This document shows, one piece after another, positions 39,880-53,002 of a stretch of DNA of 64,000 bases (positions are counted from its first letter, which is position 1; every line of letters begins with the position of its first letter). A program made the position numbers and the translations under genes. The stretch spans positions 13,268,001 through 13,332,000 of the forward strand of contig JAQFVV010000004.1 of assembly GCA_028023455.1 (NCBI GenBank), written 5' to 3'. The notes below the pieces were generated by a model. That model saw nothing but the letters and a program-made list of their open reading frames with translations, made no database searches and was not told the origin of the DNA. Source of the stretch: Epiperipatus broadwayi. Taxonomy: Eukaryota > Animalia > Onychophora.

Positions 39880-40480
39880 AATTAATAATTTATAAAGTGC
39901 ATACTCATTAAGTAAGTAATATATATTAAGGCTATAACCTGAAGATTATGAACCTAAATGTGACAGTAGGGATCTCAAATCAAAATGCTTTAGATTCACC
40001 TATATAATTAGAAATTAGGTCAAAGATAAGAGTGGCCGCTCTTGTCTTTTAAAGTTGTTAATCTTGTATTAAGATTTGTACAGGTCCCTACTGTTGCATT
40101 TAGGCACATAGTCTTAAGGTTATAGCCTTAATATATATTACTTACTTAATGAGTATGTGCTTTATAAATTATTAATTACAACTTTAAATTGTTTTAAAAG
40201 ATTTTTATTTATAAGAGCTTCACACTGACTCGTAAATTGTAAGATTTTGTGTATATTAGTTTGAACTGAAGTTGTGGACTTAATCAATGAAGTAGTTAAT
40301 AGCTTCACACTCTCAAATCAAAATGCTTTAGATTCACCTATATAATTAAAAATTAGGTCGAAGATAAGAGTAGCTGCTCTTTTCTTTTAAAGTCATTAAT
40401 CTTGTGTTAAAATTTGTAGAGTCCCTACTGTCACTTAGGCACATAATCTTAAGATTATAGCCTTTATATATATTACTTTC
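39880..40480. mobile_element. Family C fold-back (arms 39880-39976 / 40083-40177) plus an adjacent longer direct copy (~40216-40478)
   Basis: The left arm switches at ctcaaatcaaaatgc into the sense copy; 39975-40140 is repeated at ~40315-40478. Confidence 0.85.
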
Positions 40481-40817
40481 ATTCTAATTGTAAAAATTCT
40501 CGAGATTATTTTATTTCCTGTTTTGTCAATAAAGTTGTATAAGTTTTAGTGCACTTATTCTCCTATCCACTTTATTGATTGGATTGAAAGTGAATAATTT
40601 AATCCATGTGATTATTTTAAAAAATTGTAGAGTTTATTTAATTACAAAATAAAGCACAATTGCTCTATTCATACAAATAGTTTGTAGTATTTTCCCACTG
40701 TTTGGTTATGTAATTAAACCAGGAGTTTGCCATGGTTTGGTCTTCCTCTTTCTTGGGTGAGGCCCACATAGATAAGCACATAAGATACAGTTGGGATGGA
40801 GTGATCATTTTTTTTCC

Positions 40818-40932
40818 TTTTTTTTTCATATGTCATAGCATCAGCCAGGAGGCGAACCTGCAATAACCATCTGCAAACAATTGCTTGCTAGCAAGGTAGC
40901 TGCGCAAACCTCTCAGCTAACAATGCTTGACA
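40818..40932 (-). mobile_element. tRNA-Gly-derived SINE copy with enlarged variable region
   Basis: Minus strand: tgtcaagcattgttagctgagaggtttgcgcagctaccttgctagcaagcaattgtttgcagatggttattgcaggttcgcctcctggctgatgctatgacatatgaaaa. Confidence 0.85.
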
Positions 40933-41876
40933 TACTTTCTTCTTTATGCTAGAGAATTTTTACTTAAAAGCTGGATAAGGTTACTTCTTCCTTCATGAAG
41001 CAGCGATGCTGGCCAAAGGATGGACAACAAAACCTTTCAGCAAGCTATTCTGTTTAAAAATTAAATCATATATGCATAAAATCATCATGTATTTAAATAA
41101 TAATACAATTTTTATAATATTTCTCTAACTATTTGCATGCTTTCCTATGATGATCTTAACTGCAAACTTTTCTAGTTCATATTCTTCCTCTGTCTGCAAC
41201 ATGTATTCTGATATAAATTTACTACACAACACCCTTTTTATATATTATTGAGTGCTTTTTTGAAAAATAATTTAACTGACACTGTCCAAACTTTTTACCA
41301 ATTCCATCTCAATATTATGTCTATCAAAAACAGTATAATTAACCCCTGACAAATATTATCAATAGCCTGTTTTTTGAAACACAGGGAAAAAATATATGAT
41401 GATGATTAATAACTGGAAATAAAAAAGAAAACGGAGAAAATAAAAAAAAAATTACCTTTTTTAATATCACAAATTCATTTCAGAATATTGCTTTTATATA
41501 AAATAAAATTTAGATATATCTTTACTCCTCTTAGTGAGGACAATTGGTCCCCCAAAACTAATCATTAATCATAAAGACTAGTAATTATAATGGTTTTCTA
41601 TGGGAAAAAATTTGGCTGGTTACTCCAGCTAAAAATTATATTATAAGCTATGAATAAACCTAGTATATATAGTAATTAAAAAAAACCTTAATGTATATGC
41701 TCGTGTAAACTGTACTATGTGTATTATCCAAGTTTGCACTTAAAATATATATGTATATATGATAATGCAACTTAAATCTATATAAAAAATATATCTTAAA
41801 GTTGTTCTTTCCAGTGATTCATTCACCAATCATAATTATTTAATTGTCTAATTCATGAATTACTTAGTCTAATGTC

Positions 41877-42236
41877 TTAAAACAGGCAAAACTCACTATA
41901 CGTATTGCCACACACAGCAAGCTAGAGTAATCAATGGATGCCAGAAGGATTGTGCATAAAATCCCCATCTAGTATCTACTCATCCAATATTCCCAGACTA
42001 GTTTCTGGCTTGTGGCCTTCGTCAGTGAGGAGCCTTGGATCTGAGAGCACCTAAGCCAGAAACTAGTCTGGGGATATTAGATGAGTAGACCCTAGATGGG
42101 GATTATATGCATAAGCCTTCTGGCATCCATTGATTACTCTATCTTGCTGTGTGTGGCAATATGTATAATGAGTTTTGCCTGTTTTAAAACAGTTATACAC
42201 AAGCATAAGAAGTGGTGGTCATGTGATGTTTATTGG
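41877..42236. mobile_element. Family B fold-back element with tail and 14-bp TSD
   Basis: Arms ~41879-42050 and 42053-42184; cttagtctaatgtc occurs at 41863-41876 and 42237-42250; the right arm starts inside the hammerhead. Confidence 0.9.
41991..42030 (-). ncRNA. Minimal type I hammerhead ribozyme motif (family B), intact core
   Basis: CCTCA CTGACGA AGGC CACAA GCCA GAAA CTAG TC TGGGA. Confidence 0.85.
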
Positions 42237-43051
42237 CTTAGTCTAATGTCCATTGTTGTCTCTAGAGAAGAAAGTTTACAATGAATGAGTGATGTGCTTT
42301 TTGGATATTTTTTATATGGGATATGTCATTTCATGATTTTTGGAAAGTTTGAATACATCTACAATTGTTTGAGCCCTTTGTTTATTTTTGTTTTTAAAAA
42401 TAATTGTGATGGTAAACATGTAAGAACAAGTATCACAATTTCCTCCTTTTTCTAGTTGACTTAGGTTTCTGTTTCCAAGCTCAGGGATCTTTTTTATTTT
42501 TTCATTGGTCATATTGGTTGCAGCCATGTTTCTAATTGAAAATGTATGTAGCTATAAACTTTTAAACAGATCACTAGAAATAATTTTTTAACTGTTCAAA
42601 AGTACAGAAAAATGAATAAGAAAGTGAAAGTAAACTGGCAGTTGACAATTTTTTGTGATTTTTTGCATAACTGTTTCTCATTGCAGTAAAAAAAATCATA
42701 CTGGTTTTTTTCGAATTTGTATCATTATATTAAATCATTAGTGTAAGAGTAGCAAAATTAGCATATTGTACATTGTCAAAATCTTTTCACAGTTAATTTT
42801 AAAAAAAAAAAATCTGACTTATTAAAAAAATGTATCTAATTCATTTTGTGTTTGCATATTGTAATCAATATTTAAGGCTTTTTTACCATATGTAATAAAG
42901 ATCACTTTATATACAAATACACTAGCTGTGGCATTTCCCCCCACAAGATGTCATATTTTATTAAGTGCAGTGGACATGTTTTTGCAGTGGACATATTCTT
43001 TGAAAGGACTTAATATTTTTTCAGTTAGTGTAATGTTCCCCTTTTTTCTTC

Positions 43052-43400
43052 CAAGGCATAAGCTTGTGGTTAAGACCTGTAGAGGTCCCTACCTTTACAT
43101 TTTTCAGATGCATATTCCTGAGGTTACAATCTTAGTAAATATTACTTGAACTATTTCAATAAATATTAAAGATAAAAATCTTTTTCAGTTTATTTGTATA
43201 AGTAATAATATTAAGGCTGTAACCTTAGCAACAAGCGTCTGAAAAATTCACCACTAAGGACCTCTGTAGATCTTGAAAACACATGCTACGCTATGAAGAA
43301 AAGAGAGAATCCTTCTTTACTTCGACCTACTTTTATATATAAATAGGTGAAGCAGAAGTGTTTTGATTTAAGAGTGTGAAGTTATTCCATACTTCATGTA
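43052..43400. repeat. Two family C copies facing tail-to-tail (~43052-43165 and ~43205-43400)
   Basis: cataagcttgtggttaagacctgtagaggtccctac on plus; aaggctgtaacc...gacctct...ggtgaagcagaagtgttttgatttaagagtgtgaag is the reverse complement of 40290-40470. Confidence 0.75.
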
Positions 43401-44799
43401 ATTTTTCATGTTTTCTAAAACCAAAAATACATTTATGTTAATAGTTTTATGCTGAATAAAATTTTCATTTATTTTTTTTAGTTCTATATTTTTATATACA
43501 TGTAATAATGTTATGAAATTTTTTAAAATCAAGAAAATAGATTGTGTTATTTTTAACTTAGATTTAATAATTTTTGATCATATGAAGTTCATTATTATGA
43601 AACCACTTGTTTCTTTTTTCAAAATAATAATTATGATAACTAAATTACAATATAATGATCATTATTTTTGCTGCATGCAAAGCAATGTTTGTAAAAATTT
43701 AAACCCATAATACTGACTAAATACAATGTATAGTTTTTAATCTAATGTATACATTTGAAAATTTAATACAGTATTAATGGTTGTTGTATGATGATTTTGA
43801 TTATTTATTATACTGAATGAATACTTTGGGGGGGGGGGGCTTTGTGATCATTAATGATAAAAATCTTTACTTTGGATGTATCATTAATGAAGAACTGATT
43901 GTCTTACAAAGTCACTGGATGATAATTAAATAAAATATTGTACTGTACATTCAGTAATTGTATTTTAAGTTTATAATCAAAATATTCTATATAGCACTAA
44001 TATTGTGTACTATATTGGGTGTTATGAATAAACTTTGCATCATCAAATTTCAGGTATGATAGCTACTATTTTGCTTTTGAAGGACATTGTGTTTATAACT
44101 ATCCCATAATGTCATTAGTTTCGGAATGGTTGCCATTTTAAAAAATGGCCCCAAATTTTTTTAAAATTATTTTTATGATTTATAGTTGAATAATCAATTG
44201 TAAATCAAAATAGTGGGTACAAATTAATGTTGATGGCTTTGTGAATCCCTGTCTAAAGAACAAGCACTAAATGGGTCATAGGTATATTTGAAAATTCTAT
44301 TATTGAATTAATACTTTTAATAATTTTACTTTGTTTTGAATCTGCACTACTTTCCTTTTTCTTTTCAATAATTAATTTTATAATTAGTTCATAAAATCTT
44401 TTTTTTCTTTTTTTGTATACATTAACACTTGTTTGAGATAAAATGCTAAGACACTCTCATACACAATTACTAGAACAAATATTTATATGCTAAATGTCAG
44501 TGAAAATGCCATTATTTGTTATTGTTATATTTAATACTTGTATTTGATGCTTGTAACTGGTTTTACAATACTACAATACTCAATCTAATATATGGAAGGA
44601 AATTGCCTTAAACTGCATTGAGAACATGTTTCTCTCAAACAATTTTGCTTCACATTACTTAGACATTAATGATCTCAGCTGTCTTTATCATTGTCATAAA
44701 CTTATGAACTACTGTTATTATGCCACTCTGAGCTTTCTTGATATTATTAGTTTGTCTTTTTATCATGATTGTTTCTGTACTTCTTGGACATTTGGATAA

Positions 44800-46630
44800 T
44801 CTTCAGCAATTGAAAGATATGAATACTGACTCCAACATCATAATGGATAGAAAAATTCAGGCAGAGATCATAAGTATACAGTGCATCATAAACACCAGGA
44901 AAGTTTTTTCACTTTAAATACAACATGCAACTTAAAACTCAAAGGATATAGTAAAATAAAATGTTTGATTATGAGTCTTACATTTTTGGTTTTAAGTTCT
45001 GCTTCTTTGCAACAAAGAGACTAGTTTTGATAACACTGAACCTTTATCTAGGGTAGGTTCAGTGCAGAGATATACTACTCCATAAAGCATCATAAACAAA
45101 TCAAACCCTTGCACTAATGACAAAACTCTCCTTCCACCATCATTACTGAATACAGCCAACATACATTGGCAGCTAAAAATCACTCCCAATCTATGCAAAG
45201 ATGTTTCATCTTTGTTTATATTCATGCTGCTTATTGCTTAGTTTTTTCTTCATTTCTATATTAGAAACAAAACTATATCCTGCTTTTGGAGACTGGGGAT
45301 CATAGTCAGAAATCTGTGATACTATTTATCTTGGTTGTTGCATGACTCACTTTCAGTTTTTCTTATTATGTGAGTTCCAGTTGGATTGGTTGAAATATCA
45401 GCCAATCTTCTTTATTTTTGTTTTTTTCATGGTGGCCCAGCTCCTTGCTTCACTTCATACCTTGGTGGTAGTTTTTTTGTGCTTTCCATAACTGATGGCA
45501 TTCGTGTAAGAATCATTATTTCATCTGTATGCTGTTTTGATGGAGATTTAAATTCCTATTCTTTTTAATTCTGATACAGATTTTCTATTATCAAATGCAT
45601 TTAACAGATCAATAACCTATTCAATAGTAAATACATCTGTATCAATCAGCATCCCCTCAATGTATCTTGAAAAGTTATGCCTCAATATTTATATGATTTG
45701 CAATTCTTACAATGAGTTGACTGTTAGGGCTCTGTAGTGCTCATCAGGTGGACACTTTTTTGGGTAGTCTTGTGTTTGATATTCTCCTGATATCCTTACT
45801 CCACTTGCAATTTAATATTGCCTGTTTAAATTCGGTAAACATTCTAGGCCAGATGAATAAGGAGTTCCACCAGGCCTATGATGTTCCTTGCAAATGACCA
45901 CAGTCTATGGCCAGCTTTGCCTCTTTCATCATGGCATCCAAGATAAAATATCTTTCCATGCTACTTATATATTAAATGATTGTTTTTTGTTTAAAAAGAT
46001 GCCAATTTTTAAAAAGTGGTTCATGATGCCAGTATAAAATTCAGTATTTGGGGATCCATATTTCTACTTCAATTTTCTTATTTATTTCCTCTTTTGTGAT
46101 TGTCAGAGCTTTTTTTTCAATTTGGTCATCCTGTCCATCATTTTTTTTGTTGATCATCATCCACAATTTAGATTTGTTTTATTTGCTTACTGAAGTTACC
46201 TATTTCTTTTTGCACTAGCTCTAGATTTTTTTATTTTGTATGTCTACCAACTCTATTGTTTCTTATAGCTGGCTTATTTTGCTTTGTTCTTTTTGACCTA
46301 TTTATGAATCTCCTCCATCCAATCATTCAAGCTTCATAATCTACTCTGTAATTTTTTTATAATTTCCTCTTTCAACTGCCTTGACTATTTTCAATGTCAT
46401 TCATCTCATTTGCCATTTTTCTATTTGGCTTTTATTATCTACAGCTAAATTTTTCATTTGTTCCGTTAATCATATCATTAGATCGTTTGATTGGCTTGCT
46501 CTTTTGAAATTTCAGGTTTTTCTTCAGCTGTTTTTGGTCATTTATTACCACACATGGCTTCATAATTTCTGTTTGCTTTGCTAACAGTTCAGATATTTCT
46601 TCTGATTTTTGAGCTTGCATTGCCACTTTA
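44800..46630 (-). pseudogene. Possible degraded LTR-retrotransposon gag-like region
   Basis: Coiled-coil-like N-terminal ORF (46435-46626) and LQGTS*AWWNSLFIWPRMFTEFKQAIL, resembling the retrotransposon gag LxGxAxxWW..F..FK motif; many stops. Confidence 0.35.
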
Positions 46631-46999
46631 ACCCTGGTTATAATTTGTCAAACAAAATAGTAGTAATTTTTTTTATATATATAAATATCAATGATTATTA
46701 AATTTGCACTTCAACTACACATCAACTTTACATAGTTCCTTTGCATATCCAATCCTACTTTTCCCTAGCATATTTACTCTTGACCATCTGGATCTATCAC
46801 ACTATTTTAACTTTCTTCATATTGGCCTTTCTCACTATAGTAACCACTTCTTAATTCTTGCATTTCACTTTCATTTGTGCAACATAACGTTATTCCTCTT
46901 AGGGTTTGTGTTTATTCTCATATTTTCACCATATATGTAACAGAATGAACACAGGAGAGTTAATCATGACATATTGCAAAATATAACCAGATACCTTAA

Positions 47000-47240
47000 C
47001 AACAACCTTGAAGAAAGTTCATTGGTCCATGTTACAGTAACAAATGTGACATCCCAAAGGTTTAATGGACTACTGATCTAACCATAATTTATGATGAGAA
47101 AACTGAAAAGTTTAAAGTTTATTGCTAATAATGCTAACTCAGTAATATTTTCTGCTCATCATTTATGAATATAACTTATAATGCCTAATGTGGCTAAAAT
47201 GTTTATTAGTTTGGGCTGGTTATAATATTGAAGAATCATA
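47000..47240 (+). repeat. Unclassified dispersed repeat (partner at 39025-39270)
   Basis: Shares the blocks listed for 39025-39270. Confidence 0.6.
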
Positions 47241-48002
47241 ATGGTGCCACTAGCGGAAAAGGTTTTTACTTTTGATTGAAAAGATGTCAGGTAAAAATGC
47301 TAATACTAAATGACATAATTTTAATTTGCAATTTCCATTTTTAATTGGTTATTTGTTTAATTCCATATATAAAATTTATCTACATAAATATATGAGCATT
47401 CTTATATTTTTAATATATATATACAATTCTTATGTTATATATAGAGTTAGTAAATAAGATCATAACAAACTTTGCAGAATACCCCAAATCTCAGACCAGT
47501 TTCTGCTACTGGCTTCCTCAGTGATTCTTATACAGTATATACAATTATGTATGAACAAAAGACAGAAAAAAATCTTTTAGGAATATTGTTGCTACTCGCA
47601 ATAACATTGTTCTACATTAGATTAAATCATTACAACATACATCTTTCAATGCATTACATTTTCAGAAATACCAGAATTATAAACATGTGCTCTCTATAGT
47701 AAATGCTGATCAGTAAAAAAATATATAATTTATATATATCATTCATTAATACAATTACATAGTTTAAACGTGTGGCTGCAAATAAAATCGAAAATATATT
47801 AACATAAATTTCCAATTTCTGCAATCTTATGTATGAAGTATAGCAATCATAATAATGATTTTAAAGTTTTAAAAAATCTTGCCTAAAAAAAATAATTAGT
47901 GATCACTTACGTATTTATTGCTGGATTGTTGTTTTGAATGAATGCTAATTAAAAGTGCAGTACTTATAAACTAGGATTTTCTATTTCTTTCCTTTTCCTT
48001 TT

Positions 48003-48640
<638 letters not shown>

Positions 48641-49810
48641 TTATTTATACAGTATATTTTATTTATCTTTCATTTTATTTACCTATATAAAAAAATTATC
48701 TTATGGTTTTTTGCTTAAGAGTTCATAAAAATGTTCTAATATCAGAATAATAGAGTTAAGCCATGACCCATGGATCTTGAATTCCAAAATCTGCCACTTT
48801 ACCATTGCACTAACTATCTATCTATTTATCAATGTATCTATCTATATTATGGCAAATATATTATATATTTTTATGCCATACAACTTTAACTATATAAAAA
48901 AATTATAACCAATGTGTTTTTTCCATATATCTGATAAGATTTATTCATTTTTGTGAAACAATATTATTTTTATTTAAGAATCCATAACATAATGATTACT
49001 GGTGACCTCATGTTGGCATATGGTCATATATACATTTTCATTGTTATAATAGCTCAGTTCAAGATTAGTGTACAAATGAGATTATAGTAATATAATGAAT
49101 GACCAAGACTTAGAGACAATGAATAAAAAAATGTGCAAAGTTAAAAAAAGAAACAAAGGAATTTAATTAACAGATGAATAATAATAATATTTGATATCTG
49201 AATTGGCTATTTACAAGAATGTAAAAGAAGTTTATATATTTATTTATAAAATAAATAGCAGTTATTATTGGAGCTTCCTTGTGATCCCATACATTGATTT
49301 GAATACTAACCTTGATGACTTAAGCTTAATCTACGATGTTATTAAAATTCAAATGCGTTGAATGAGGACATTGATTTCAATGATAATTTTACAATGAGAA
49401 ATTAATGTAAAGTTATATAATTATTATTTAATAAAGTAATATCATTTAAAAATAAACTATCAAATATACTGACAAAAATTAAATCACATAACCTTATCAT
49501 TGTTTTAAGTAAAATATAAATTATTAATTATATACAACCAATTGTTCAGAAAAAAAAACCTCCAACAACTTGAATCTGCAAATGTCTGATCTTTGCAGGA
49601 TTCTGATTGAATTATAGAAATACTTATAATATTTTCTTTTCTTCTTTCTCTTCTGGTTAAAAATAAAATTTTATCATGATGTATAGATAAATAGAAGACT
49701 GTATTTTGTATGTCATTGATAATGTTATTCATATTGTTGCTATGCCTATAATTTAGTAAATCTTTTTCATATTGTAGACTTTTTTGATGATTTTTCCATA
49801 ATAATCTTAA

Positions 49811-50000
49811 ATTTATTAAATGCACATTGATTACGTAGTAATATTTACTGAGGCTATAACCTCGATAATATGCGTGTAAAATGCGATAGTAGGGACCTCT
49901 TTTCTTTCATAGCGTAAGCTTGTGGTTAAAACACCTGTAGAGGTCCCTACTATCGCATTTTACATGCATATTATCGAGGTTATAGCCTCAGTAAATATTA
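49811..50000. mobile_element. Young family C fold-back element with ~62-bp near-perfect arms, left tail and 14-bp TSD
   Basis: Arms ~49838-49899 and ~49939-50000; cataataatcttaa occurs at 49797-49810 and 50001-50014. Confidence 0.9.
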
Positions 50001-50560
50001 CATAATAATCTTAATAAAGATTTCCACTTTTTAAAGACAGCTTAGCATACAAAAACATCAATAGAAGTCAATTAAAATCTGGAGAACTTACATGTAATTG
50101 TTTAAAGATGTATTTTCAAGACACTCATTATTTATAAGACTTGTTTTCAAATGTTAAAATGTGTTGTTACTTTGATTTGGTGCTCTCTTAAAAGATTTCT
50201 TTCTTCGAATCTATACAATGAACATTTCAATTTTTCATTTTTTAAATTACACTTTTATTCTTTGCAATTAGCCTGCTTTTGACTGACTTTGACTCACTAA
50301 TCTTTTTATATAAGCTTCTCATATACTCTAGTGAGGTTGCTTTAAAAAATAGTTGTTAGACTTGTTTTCGAATTTTTTGATAATGACATCATCTTTATTT
50401 TTTTTTAAATTCATACTTTATATAGAATGCTTTAAAATAACATCCTTGACTAACAAAACGTTTTATTAAAAAAAAAAACTATGATTAAAAGAAAACAAAG
50501 TCAACATTTTAACTTATTAATGGGGCTCATATTTTTTTAAATATACACATTCATAGAAAA

Positions 50561-51057
50561 TAATCGTTAGTGTATTTATCAGAAATGGATGGCGTCAAAG
50601 TTGTGAGTGGAGGAAGTTTGACAATGGTAAATGAAAATGTAACAATTTACTCTAGATAAATACTTTGCATATAATAAAAGATATATATGAGAGATTGTGA
50701 CCTGGGCCAACTGATGAGTGCTAGTTCAGCACGAAATGCATCTTGGGGGGTCACTTGTCTTTTATTATATCTTTATTTATATGTATTTAAAGAGAATGGG
50801 GAAGTATGAAGATGTTTATTATATCTATAAAGATATTACATACGGGACAGAGAAAGGTGAATAACTACGTGTGCATAAATTAAAAAAAACAACAGATATA
50901 TTAATCTTTAACTGAAGTTTAAAGTTTATATTTGTGCTAGAAATAATCTCTAGTTTCGAAAATGATTAGTAATAATCATTAGTGTATTTATCAGAAATGG
51001 ATGGCATCAAAGTTGTGAGTGGAGGAAGTTTGACAATGGTAAATGAAAATGTAACAA
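50561..51057 (+). mobile_element. Family A-related 412-bp monomer bounded by 85-bp direct repeats (partial tandem)
   Basis: 50561-50645 and 50973-51057 differ at two CpG positions; gaaatgga.gg...aagttgtgag.tgga matches family A. Confidence 0.8.
50697..50754 (+). ncRNA. Fully canonical type I hammerhead ribozyme motif with extended helix I
   Basis: GTGACC tggg CCAA CTGATGA GTGCT AGTTC AGCAC GAAA TGCA TC TTGG gg GGTCAC; G-C at the helix II base, palindrome ATGCAT, predicted cut after C50742. Confidence 0.92.
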
Positions 51058-51255
51058 AATAAATTTGCTATTTAATTTTTTAATTGAAGTATAAAATGGT
51101 TAGAATAAATCAATCAAATAAAAATTTGAAAAAATGTTTATATAGCACAACTATATAATGCTATAATATTTTGTAATTCTGCATCCAAAATTGATATGCT
51201 ATAAGACATTATTACGATGAGATTTTATATATATTAAAATGTTCATTGTTGAGAA

Positions 51256-51859
51256 ATTCTTATAAAGTTGTTGTAATTGAGTATTCTGAAAAGGTAAAAA
51301 TTAAAATTCATGACTTTTATAATTCATTGAGCATGCTTTCTTCAGACCCCTACCAAAATCATAGTTATATTAATTTAGTAGTTGAAAATTATGCCTATAT
51401 ATATATAATTTATTATGTAAATGAGGTTTAATATGTAAATGCAGCATTTAAATATTCCATATTTTCAAGAATGGAATGCATAAATCCTATCTCTTAATTG
51501 CATTTGTATCATTTGCCATTACCCAAGTCTCCTTTTCTTTTTCTATCATGTCTTTCAACATAAATGATCCTCACATTAGTGGAACTAAAAGTATGATCCA
51601 TAACAAACTTACAATTAAGAAAATTGATTTATATTCATTATTCTATTTTGCTGTATTGTATAAGTATGCTGCATTTACATATCAATCCTCATTTACATAG
51701 TAAATTATACTGATATATAGGCATAATTTTCAACTGCTAAGTTAATACAGCACTATGATTCTAATAATGGTCTGCTGAAAGCATGCTCAGTACATTATAG
51801 TCTTCAATTTCAACTTTTATTTTTTTCTAATACTTGAATGCAGTGAGTTTATAAGAATT
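51256..51859. mobile_element. Family J fold-back with ~195-bp arms; decayed hammerhead-like motif at ~51753-51800 (+)
   Basis: ~51256-51452 is the reverse complement of ~51662-51859; CTAATAA TGGTCTGCT GAAA GCATGC TC AG, palindrome AGCATGCT. Confidence 0.7.
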
Positions 51860-51867
51860 ACATTAAT

Positions 51868-53002
51868 AATTTAGAAAATGTTAAAACATTTAACAACAAA
51901 ACAAGTTGGTGAGCACTTTCAATACTGAATAGGATCATAATCATAGCATAATATGACTAAAGGAAGTTGAGAATTAAATTTAAAGTCACTTTTAAATATT
52001 AAAAAATAGATCATAAAATTGAATTTTTAGGAGTAGATTTACATACTAATAATGGAACTGAAAGCTACAAATGCCATTTTTTTTAGAAATATGGGTGAGA
52101 GGGTCCTTTTTATTGAATGTGCTATCATCTTTAATTATTGACCACACCTCCTTTACCTTTCTCTTTCTATCTTCTCTCTTGGAACAAACAATTTCAGTTG
52201 TAGAGAAGTCAAAGTTGTGGCCTGACTGCAACTCATGATCCAAGAAAACAGAAGTGTATTCATTGCTTGTCTTGGCCCAGTTGTGAACAATTAAGATCTA
52301 CATTTCAAAAGTCCCACATAAATTAAAAAATAGTTATATCCATATATACAATACCAGTTTTTGCTCATCTCCATTTTTAAATAAATTATTAACTAGAGAG
52401 GCTTCACATCAAATTGTATATAAAATTAATTGCAAAGATTTTAATTGCTCAAAGGCTTGCTATGGTGAAAATTGAACTAACTTATCTACAAGATTTGACC
52501 AGCATAATTATCTATATAACCAGGCCAAGAAAAACAATGAATACTCTTTTATTTTCTTTGATCATGAGATGCATTCAGGCTACAACTTTGACTTCTCTAT
52601 GGGTAATATCATTTGTCATGAGATAGATGACAGAAAAAGAAAAGTGAAGGAGGTGTGGTCAATAGCTAAAGATGATAACCTATCAATAAGAGTGACTCTA
52701 GCATTCATCTTCCTAAAAATAGTAATTGTAGCTTCCAGTTTTGTCATTTGTATGTAAATCTACTCCTAAAAATTTAATTTTATGATAATCTATTTTTTAA
52801 TATTCAAAAGTGTCTTTAAATTTAGATCTCAACTTCATCATATTATGTTATGATTATGATAGTATACAGTATTGAAAGCACTCAGCTTTAAATAAATGTT
52901 CTTTATCACCAATTCAACCCTGTTTTATTGCTAAATGTTTTAACATTTTCTAAATCATTACAATTATTGCAGAAAAACAGGACATTTTTTTTTTCACTTA
53001 AA
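51868..53002. mobile_element. Family F: Penelope 3' fragment (GIY-YIG plus 3' UTR) with inverted 5' copy, ~38-nt tail and 12-bp TSD
   Basis: Plus strand VYKINCKDFNCSKACYGEN*TNLSTRFDQH...HSGYNFDFS...DDRKRKVKEVWSI; minus copy HELQSGHNFDFSTTEIVCSKREDRKRKVKEVWSI; arms ~51868-52260 and ~52550-52962; aattacattaat occurs at 51856-51867 and 53003-53014. Confidence 0.85.

Noticed and set aside
48750-48815. Additional tRNA-derived SINEs here and at ~9385-9430
   Set aside because: Only degenerate A/B-box-like words are present, with no second copy or cloverleaf to support them.
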